Assembly (NCBI GenBank): GCA_040385895.1
Contig: JAZKGM010000166.1
Span: 1-32,895 of the forward strand
From: Bacteroidota bacterium
GTDB lineage: Bacteria > Bacteroidota > Bacteroidia > UKL13-3
Direction: 5' to 3'
DNA length: 32,895 nt
The notes under the pieces were generated by a model. It did no database searches. It worked only from the letters and a program-made list of their open reading frames with translations, and was not told the origin of the DNA. The first letter of the stretch is position 1. Every line of letters starts with the position of its first letter. Made by a program: the position numbers and the translations under genes. Positions 26,335-32,895 of the stretch are shown here, one piece after another.

Positions 26335-27036
26335 TTATCGTCCTCCACAAGAAACACCAACGCGGTTCATATTCTGGATGTGAATAAGGTCGCCTGATAG
26401 GACGTCAATGCCAATAGATTTAAATTCTTTTGAATAATTGTAATTATTACCGCTTGATTTTTGTAAAAATGATATTTCCCAGTAAGGATTGTCAGTAAGG
26501 TCATCGAATTTATACTCAATTTGATATGACTTTGTTCTGAATCCTTTCATTCTAGCAATTTGTTTAGCGCTTTTTATTATTTTATTAAATGGTATAAATG
26601 CTTTCTTGATACCATGATTATATCTTGGCCATTCTATATAGGTCAATTGCCCATACTGATCAAAGCTCATCTCAAAACAATATTCATCTATATCTATTGT
26701 TGAATCTTGCAGTAAAAAAAAGAGTTGGAATTTAGGGATTAAACTCTTCTCATAAACTTGCTGAATGCTTATTGTTGAATCTATATTCAGTAGCATTTCA
26801 ATATCAATAATTTGTCCTTTCACGAACTTTACATTTTGAGTAAAGTCCGTTAATAGAGAATCAATAACGTATTTTGCATTTAACTGAATTTTTTTTGGCA
26901 AAAGAGAGAAGGAATCAACTTCAATAGTGGCGGTTTGATAAAACGATGGTAAGCCACAAAAGGGTTGCATCACTTTTGTTTGAGCAATCAAATCAACGGA
27001 GTAAAATAATAGTAAGATTAGAAGATGCTTAAGCAT
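26335..27036 (-). CDS. AT-rich exported hypothetical protein with a possible C-terminal PepSY-like domain
   Basis: 233 aa; signal peptide (…DLIA|Q); IIKSAKQIA…YWEISF…IGIDVLSGDLI resembles PepSY; markedly low GC. Confidence 0.65.
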   Translation of the reverse strand: MLKHLLILLLFYSVDLIAQTKVMQPFCGLPSFYQTATIEVDSFSLLPKKIQLNAKYVIDSLLTDFTQNVKFVKGQIIDIEMLLNIDSTISIQQVYEKSLIPKFQLFFLLQDSTIDIDEYCFEMSFDQYGQLTYIEWPRYNHGIKKAFIPFNKIIKSAKQIARMKGFRTKSYQIEYKFDDLTDNPYWEISFLQKSSGNNYNYSKEFKSIGIDVLSGDLIHIQNMNRVGVSCGGR

Positions 27037-27052
27037 AAGGGAATGTTAAAGC

Positions 27053-28366
27053 CTAATTCTTCAGCCACATTTCCGGGTCCTGCTTTTGCTGCACTTTCCA
27101 GATCTCCAGGTGCATCTCGGTCTCTTCTTCTTCGTTGGTCAGCACAGTGCCTATGGCTTCGCGGGTGTCTACTATTTGGCCTTCTTTAACCGTTACACTG
27201 CCTAGTTTGGCGTATGCCGAATAATATTTACCGTGGCTGATCAGTACGATCTTGCCCATGCCAGGAATGGAGAAAATGGATTTTACCGTTCCTTTAAAAA
27301 CAGCGCGAACGCTTGATCCCGGCTGGGTTTGAATATCAATTCCGTTGTTGTTCACCTGCACCCCTTTAAGCGTGGCGTGTGCGTGTGTTCCAAAGCGGTC
27401 GGTAATGGTTCCGCGCTCAACCGGCCAGGGCAGGTTATTCTGGTTGTTCTCAAAATCGTTGCTCAGCTTCTGGGCTTCCGGTGTCAGGTACATGTCTCCA
27501 GATGCCGTTTTTGGTTTTTCAGCTGCACCCGTTTTTGCTTTGTTTGGTGTGCTGGTGGCCGGGCGGCTTGCCGCTGCACGTTTCCGTGCTTCTTCTTCTT
27601 TTTTGCGTGCCGCTGCGATCTCTTTTTCGATCAGGTCGGCAATCGCATCGTTTAATTTGCGTGCTGCCTTTTCATTTTCGGCCAATGTTCTGCGCAGGTC
27701 TTTTTCTTTTTCCTGGAGCTTGCCAAGCACCTTATTTTCTTCTTCCTTATCCACTTCCAGCTCTTTTTTCTCGTTGGCTTTAAGCACCACCAATCCTTGC
27801 TTATCACGCTTATTGGCGATGATCTCGTTCAGCTCCGAAATGATCTGGGTTTGGGTATGAAGGATGAGTTCGGCCTGGTGCTTGCGGTAATCGCCCAGCT
27901 GGTTCAGGTACTGGATGCGTTTAATAGCCTGGTTAAAGCTGCTGGAAGCAAATACAAATAACACCTTGTCGTATACATTCCGCTGTTTGTATGCACCTAA
28001 AATGCTTTTTCCATAGTCGAGCTTAAGCCTGGTGATATCATCGCGCAGCGAAGAGATCACACCCTGCTGCACCAGGATCTGCTTTTCGAGCATGGCGATT
28101 TCATCAGCCACGGTATTGATTATTTTCTCGCGGTTTTCGATCTGCCGGCTGATCACTTTCAGATCGGCCAGGGTTTTGTTCTGCTTGCTTTTTGTTTCTT
28201 CTAAAACCTTTTTGGTTTCCTGGATCTTTCGCACCAGCTCTTTGCGTTTGGCTTCAAGCGCTTTGCGCTGGCCAGCATAATTGCCATTCCCGTTCTGCCC
28301 GTTTATAAAAAAGGTAAAACAGCACAGTGTTAAAAATAAAAGATATTTATGGCCTGACCACTTCAT
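27053..28366 (-). CDS. envC: EnvC-like murein hydrolase activator (coiled coil plus degenerate M23/LytM domain)
   Basis: Signal peptide after ATG 28366; long coiled coil; LPWPVERG…FG; NNGIDI in place of HxxxD and EMHLEIW in place of HxH, so probably catalytically inactive. Confidence 0.85.
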   Translation of the reverse strand: MKWSGHKYLLFLTLCCFTFFINGQNGNGNYAGQRKALEAKRKELVRKIQETKKVLEETKSKQNKTLADLKVISRQIENREKIINTVADEIAMLEKQILVQQGVISSLRDDITRLKLDYGKSILGAYKQRNVYDKVLFVFASSSFNQAIKRIQYLNQLGDYRKHQAELILHTQTQIISELNEIIANKRDKQGLVVLKANEKKELEVDKEEENKVLGKLQEKEKDLRRTLAENEKAARKLNDAIADLIEKEIAAARKKEEEARKRAAASRPATSTPNKAKTGAAEKPKTASGDMYLTPEAQKLSNDFENNQNNLPWPVERGTITDRFGTHAHATLKGVQVNNNGIDIQTQPGSSVRAVFKGTVKSIFSIPGMGKIVLISHGKYYSAYAKLGSVTVKEGQIVDTREAIGTVLTNEEEETEMHLEIWKVQQKQDPEMWLKN

Positions 28367-29132
28367 AGGATGACGGAACCGCAAATTGAACCTCGCGTTT
28401 TTTTTCGAATACAAAATTGCTCAGTTCAAAGGTACACGACACGTTTTTTTCTGCCCGTATGTTAATATCGATCTTATCGGGGTACGTGTTTGTGCCGGAA
28501 TGACTAAACCTGTTATAAGCAATTTTCATTTCGCGCGACTGGTCTTTTTCTGCAATGGTGGTGCGCTGCACCTTAAACTGCGGGCTGTAAAAGGTGTTTT
28601 GTTTCTGTGTTCCCAATGCGGTGTAAATAGCAAGCACCCCTAATATGGTGTCCACTTCACTTTTTTGTACACTGTTTGAAAATACGGTGTTCCCCACGAT
28701 CATATTTTGCAGGTTCGCGAGCTTTAATGGTACATTGCTCATGCGCTGTATGTAGGCAAAATCGGTAACAATGCACTTGCGGTGCAGCCTGTCCATGATC
28801 TTAACACTATCGGGGGTGATCATGATCCTGGCTACTTCAATGCCCAGCAAAGCCGTAACGCTCATCCAGATATACCTGTCTTTTTCCATCATAATGGTAA
28901 GATCGAGGTTCAGGTCCTGCTTATCGTCTTTATAAGATGCGCTGGCTTTGGCCTGGTAAAAATTAAAGGTGTTGGTGTTGCCGTCTATTGTTTTCAAAAC
29001 AGCTTCTTCCGCTTCCAGTGCTTTGGTATCCACTTTATTTACCGGGGGAGGCGCTTGATTTGTAAGGGCTTTTTTGCTTTTGCAGCTTGCCAGCACAGCC
29101 AGTGCAACAAGCAATACAAGTTTATTGTTCAT
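28347..29132 (-). CDS. DUF4292-family lipoprotein (possible LolB-like)
   Basis: Lipobox LAVLAS-C followed by KSKK; IWMSV…LLGIEVARIMITPDSV…LQNMIVG…FAVPSSYE; sits between the TPR gene and envC. Confidence 0.82.
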   Translation of the reverse strand: MNNKLVLLVALAVLASCKSKKALTNQAPPPVNKVDTKALEAEEAVLKTIDGNTNTFNFYQAKASASYKDDKQDLNLDLTIMMEKDRYIWMSVTALLGIEVARIMITPDSVKIMDRLHRKCIVTDFAYIQRMSNVPLKLANLQNMIVGNTVFSNSVQKSEVDTILGVLAIYTALGTQKQNTFYSPQFKVQRTTIAEKDQSREMKIAYNRFSHSGTNTYPDKIDINIRAEKNVSCTFELSNFVFEKKREVQFAVPSSYEVVRP

Positions 29133-30864
29133 ACCACTTCCTGTCTTTTATCTTCCTGTCAATTACCGTATTTTCTGCATTCAGCGACCTGGCCAGCTTC
29201 CATTGCTCAACAGCTTTTTCCGTTTCGCCCAGGTGGAAAAGCACATCGCCATAATGATCCACTACTTCCGGGTTTTTAGGCTCCATCTGCAGCGATTTTT
29301 CTATTTGTATCTTTGCATCGGTGTACTTTTTCTGCACAAACAGGATCCAGCCATAGGTATCATAATAAGAAGCATTTTCGCCATCCAGTTCAATCGAATG
29401 TTTGCTCATTTCTGCGGCCCTGTCGAGCTTTTGTTTTCTCAGGCTTAAAAAGTAAGCATAGTTATTCAAGGCATACGCATTGTTCGCGTCAATGGTTAAT
29501 GCCATTTCATAAGCGCTGTCGCTGGTGGGGTATTGCTTTAAAAAATGAGCGGCATCACCGATCATGATATAGAACTGTAACTTCAGTTGTGCCTGCTCAA
29601 TGCTTACCTCAATGCCTTTGCGGGCCACTGCAATTGTTTTTTCGTATTGTTTAAGCTGTTGTGTGGCAAATGTAAGGTACGAATAAAACAAGGCTTCTTC
29701 GGGGAACAGTTCAATGGCCCTTTCACAATCTTTCACCATTTGTGCCTGGTCCTTCAGCTCGTTGCTGCATAAGATCATCTGTCTCCAAACGGTGTAATTT
29801 GACGGATCGATGAGGATGGCCTTTTCATAGTTGCCGTGGGCTTCTTTGTATCTTCCGTTCTGTGCATACAGGTCGCCCAGCAACATCCATACGCCTGCTT
29901 CATCGGCATTTGCTTCTGTTAACGCAATGGCCAGGTCAAAGCCTTTGTTTTTTTGTTCTTCGGTTTGGGTATTCTTGCTGATAAATTCCACCACCACTTT
30001 CAGTTTCACTTTCACATCAAGCTTAGGGCTTCTTATGGCTTTCAGCATGTAATTGATGTATTCAGTATTATTCAGCTTATTGCGGTAATCATCGGCCAAA
30101 GCAAGTAAAGCATACCCGTTGTCGGGTTCCATGCTCAGGATCTTCCGATAGAGCTCGTTGGCTTTTTCCTCCTTGCCATGGGCCAGGTAAATATCGGCCA
30201 GCATGCCAATATACCTGGTGTTTTCCGGTTGTGCCTTTACCAGTTTTTCGCCTTCTTTAATGGCTTTGTCTACCTTATTTTGCGCCAGGTAAATGCTTTG
30301 TTTCTGCCTGATGATGTCCTCATCCAGCCCCGCATTTTTTTCACCGGTTTCAAGCAGTTTCATGGCCTTATCCAGTTTGCGGGAAAGCACATACATGTAT
30401 GTGGCATCAAACAGGCTCACCATCTGGCCTGGGTTTGCGGTGTACAATTTCGACAGCACATCGCCCGCTTTTTCGTATTCCTTTTGTTGTTTATACACCT
30501 CGGCCAGCTGTTTTGCATACCAGGTGTTCTTGTCGTCAAGCAGGGTCGATTTCTGGGCATGCATTTCCGCATCAACCAATAAGCCTTTGCCAAGATATAC
30601 CTGGGCCAGTAAATAGTGTACTGTGGCGTTATCGGCATCAATGGCCAGTGCCTGGTTCAGCTCCTTAACGGCCTCATCGGGTTGTTTTAAAATAATGTAT
30701 TTATTGCCATTGATAAAATGCTGGTCGAAAGCGATCTGTTTGTCTTCGCTTAGTTTAGGCTTTTTATCCTGCGCAAAAACGCGTTGCGTTGCTATAGTGA
30801 ACAGCAACGCAAGCAATAAAGCATATACTTTATGTATGTTATATAACCGTAGTGTAATCGCCAA
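29122..30864 (-). CDS. Exported tetratricopeptide-repeat protein
   Basis: Signal peptide (…RVFA|Q); many TPRs; C-terminal ALNNYAYFLS…YYDTYGWILF…DHYGDVLFHLG. No in-frame ATG before the signal peptide, so TTG 30864 is used. Confidence 0.88.
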   Translation of the reverse strand: MAITLRLYNIHKVYALLLALLFTIATQRVFAQDKKPKLSEDKQIAFDQHFINGNKYIILKQPDEAVKELNQALAIDADNATVHYLLAQVYLGKGLLVDAEMHAQKSTLLDDKNTWYAKQLAEVYKQQKEYEKAGDVLSKLYTANPGQMVSLFDATYMYVLSRKLDKAMKLLETGEKNAGLDEDIIRQKQSIYLAQNKVDKAIKEGEKLVKAQPENTRYIGMLADIYLAHGKEEKANELYRKILSMEPDNGYALLALADDYRNKLNNTEYINYMLKAIRSPKLDVKVKLKVVVEFISKNTQTEEQKNKGFDLAIALTEANADEAGVWMLLGDLYAQNGRYKEAHGNYEKAILIDPSNYTVWRQMILCSNELKDQAQMVKDCERAIELFPEEALFYSYLTFATQQLKQYEKTIAVARKGIEVSIEQAQLKLQFYIMIGDAAHFLKQYPTSDSAYEMALTIDANNAYALNNYAYFLSLRKQKLDRAAEMSKHSIELDGENASYYDTYGWILFVQKKYTDAKIQIEKSLQMEPKNPEVVDHYGDVLFHLGETEKAVEQWKLARSLNAENTVIDRKIKDRKWYEQ

Positions 30865-31849
30865 TGCTTAAGTCTTTTTGTTCGCCATTGTACTCAACGA
30901 AGCTTCCCAGCATCGCATTGTTTATTACAGCGTGTTTAATTTTTGTATTGTTTTGAATGATGCAGTTCTCCACCACACTTCTTTCAATCACACAATTGTC
31001 GCCAATGGATGCATAAGGACCAACAATTGCATTTTTAATGACAACGTTTTTACCAATGAGGCTGGGCTGGACCACCTGTGCATTTTCAAGCTTAACGGAA
31101 TCGTCTACCATTTTTACCCCATCATCGCTTAAGTGCTGCAGCACACGCGAATTGGTATAAACGGTTGAGTTCTTATTGCCGCAATCGAGCCACTCCTGCA
31201 CCTTGCCCGGCTCAAACTTAATGCCTTTGGCCTTCATGTGCTCCAGGGCATTGGTAAGCTGGTATTCGCCTTTTTCTTTGATGTCGTTATCAAGCAGGTA
31301 CTGAAGCTCGTTGCGCAGGTTCGCCCCGTCTTTAAAATAATAGATGCCGATAATAGCAAGGTCGCTTACAAACTCCGATGGTTTTTCCACAAAATCGGTG
31401 ATGATACCGTTGGCATCCAGTTTTACCACACCAAACTGGCTCGGGTCTTCGATCTGCTGAACCCAGATGATGCCATCTTTGCTGCGGTCTAATTTAAAGC
31501 CGGCTTTAAATAAGGTATCTGCAAACACGATCAACACGTTCCCGTCAAGGGCTTCTTTGGCACACATAATGGCATGCGCAGTTCCCAATGCTTCGGTCTG
31601 GTAATGTATGGTTCCTTTTGCACCCAGCTTTGACGCCACGTCAACCAGCTTTTGCTCCACTGCTTTTCCGAAGCTGGGGTGAATAATAAATGCAACTTCT
31701 TCTATTCCTTCCCCGCAAACATCTTTAAGGTCTTCAATGATTTTCTGAACAATGGGTTTCCCTGCTACAGGAATAAGAGGTTTAGGAACTGTTAAGGTAT
31801 GTGGCCTCATTCGTTTGCCCATACCAGCCATAGGTACGATTATTTTCAT
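30839..31849 (-). CDS. Sugar-phosphate nucleotidyltransferase (glucose-1-phosphate thymidylyltransferase-like)
   Basis: IIVPMAGMGKRMRPHT…PKPLIPVAGKP; Q..ALGTAHA; FVEKP; GEYQLT; WLDCG; C-terminal hexapeptide (left-handed beta-helix) repeats. Confidence 0.9.
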   Translation of the reverse strand: MKIIVPMAGMGKRMRPHTLTVPKPLIPVAGKPIVQKIIEDLKDVCGEGIEEVAFIIHPSFGKAVEQKLVDVASKLGAKGTIHYQTEALGTAHAIMCAKEALDGNVLIVFADTLFKAGFKLDRSKDGIIWVQQIEDPSQFGVVKLDANGIITDFVEKPSEFVSDLAIIGIYYFKDGANLRNELQYLLDNDIKEKGEYQLTNALEHMKAKGIKFEPGKVQEWLDCGNKNSTVYTNSRVLQHLSDDGVKMVDDSVKLENAQVVQPSLIGKNVVIKNAIVGPYASIGDNCVIERSVVENCIIQNNTKIKHAVINNAMLGSFVEYNGEQKDLSIGDYTTVI

Positions 31850-31958
31850 TTCTTCAGTTTAATTGCAGGGGTTAGCTGCATATGTTTTAGTTTTTATTTT
31901 CAGTTAAATATTGTGCGCTTTTGGAGGCATACATTCAACAAAGCTGCAAGCAGCAATG

Positions 31959-32393
31959 CTATTGTTTTCCGGTGCTTCCGTAACCTCCGGCTCCCCGCGC
32001 GGTTTCATTCAAAGCGCTTACCTCGTTCCATTCAGCGGTTTCGTGTTTTGCAACGATCATTTGTGCAATGCGCTCCCCGTGTTTGATTTCAAAAGGTTCC
32101 TCCCCAAAATTGATCAGCAACACTTTAAGCTCGCCCCGGTAATCGGCATCAATTGTTCCGGGTGAATTGAGAACGGTGATGCCATGCTTAAAAGCCAGCC
32201 CGCTGCGTGGCCTTATCTGCGCCTCGTAACCAACAGGCAGCTCAATAAACAGGCCTGTAGGAACCAATGCGCGTTGCATGGGCTTCAGCACAATCGATTC
32301 AGCAAGATTTGCCCGAAGGTCCATACCAGCAGCATGACCGGTTTCGTATGCCGGTAAAGCCTGCCCCGAATTATTGATGATGTTAATTTTCAT
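31959..32393 (-). CDS. dut: dUTP diphosphatase
   Basis: [42 protein letters not shown]; ATG 32393 gives 144 aa. Confidence 0.97.
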   Translation of the reverse strand: MKINIINNSGQALPAYETGHAAGMDLRANLAESIVLKPMQRALVPTGLFIELPVGYEAQIRPRSGLAFKHGITVLNSPGTIDADYRGELKVLLINFGEEPFEIKHGERIAQMIVAKHETAEWNEVSALNETARGAGGYGSTGKQ

Positions 32394-32407
32394 AATGCTT
32401 AACCGCA

Positions 32408-32415
32408 CGAAAATA
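32408..32415 (-). promoter_or_regulatory. Promoter -7 box variant for the dut cluster
   Basis: Minus strand TATTTTCG, 14 nt upstream of ATG 32393. It lies inside the longer ORF-track call, supporting the shorter start. Confidence 0.5.
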
Positions 32416-32594
32416 GCTTTTTTATTCAAAAGTGGAGGGCATTACATAAGCGGTTGGAGGTTAAAAGGTAAAATACGATAAACGGCTTACGCTTATTTGA
32501 ATGGAGGGGAGGTTTCACCGCAATTAAAATCAGCTGTAATTGTACCTGTAAGGTGGTTTTTGCGTTATATTGCAACGTTTACAGCATTTAATAC

Positions 32595-32895
32595 ATGAAG
32601 CTATCGGTAGTCATTGTTAACTACAATGTGAAATATTTCCTTGAGCAGGCCCTGCATAGCGTAAATAAGGCTATGAAAGGAATTGAAGGGGAGGTTTTTG
32701 TAGTGGATAATAACTCTGCCGATGGAAGCTGTGAAATGGTGCGGAGAAAATTTCCGGAAGTTATCCTGGTTGAAAACAAAACGAACAGCGGATTTTCTGC
32801 AGCCAATAACCAGGCCATCAGGCAGGCAGAAGGCGAATACATTCTTTTATTGAACCCCGATACCGTTGTAGAGGAAGACTGCTTTGAGCAGTGCA
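32595..32895 (+). CDS. Glycosyltransferase family 2 (5' part; runs off the window end)
   Basis: Not in the ORF track. Translated by hand: MKLSVVIVNYNVKYFLEQAL…VFVVDNNSADGS…N..NSGFSAANNQAI…GEYILLLNPDT. Confidence 0.93.
   Translation, partial: MKLSVVIVNYNVKYFLEQALHSVNKAMKGIEGEVFVVDNNSADGSCEMVRRKFPEVILVENKTNSGFSAANNQAIRQAEGEYILLLNPDTVVEEDCFEQC

Noticed and set aside
32430-32594. Three TGGAGG hexamers and a 7-bp ATAAGCG/CGCTTAT pair in the dut/GT2 intergenic region
   Set aside because: Short, irregularly spaced and not placed before a start codon; compatible with chance.

Overview
Chromosomal window from a Bacteroidota bacterium, judged from TAnnTT(T/C)G promoter boxes, a T9SS C-terminal sorting domain and typical gene clusters. 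Most of it is housekeeping and envelope genes. On the minus strand: partial moxR, two parvulin-type PPIases and hflX. Then menA-menC (+), an orphan TPR histidine kinase coupled to a small AT-rich membrane gene (-), uvrA and a DoxX gene (+). The centre holds a ~2,450-aa T9SS-secreted repeat protein and a LiaF-like/DUF4288/LytS/LytTR operon (+). The right side is a minus-strand dut, nucleotidyltransferase, TPR, DUF4292, envC run followed by three poorly characterised genes, then a partial GT2 (+). I saw no rRNA, tRNA, CRISPR array, transposase or phage gene. The most unusual signal is in the giant secreted protein: a ~260-aa domain I cannot name is nested inside an Ig-like domain twice, while a third copy of that Ig domain has an empty site. 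Next are the four-gene LytTR module with 21-bp-periodic upstream repeats and an AT-rich gene inserted after envC. All family calls come from reading motifs, not from database searches.
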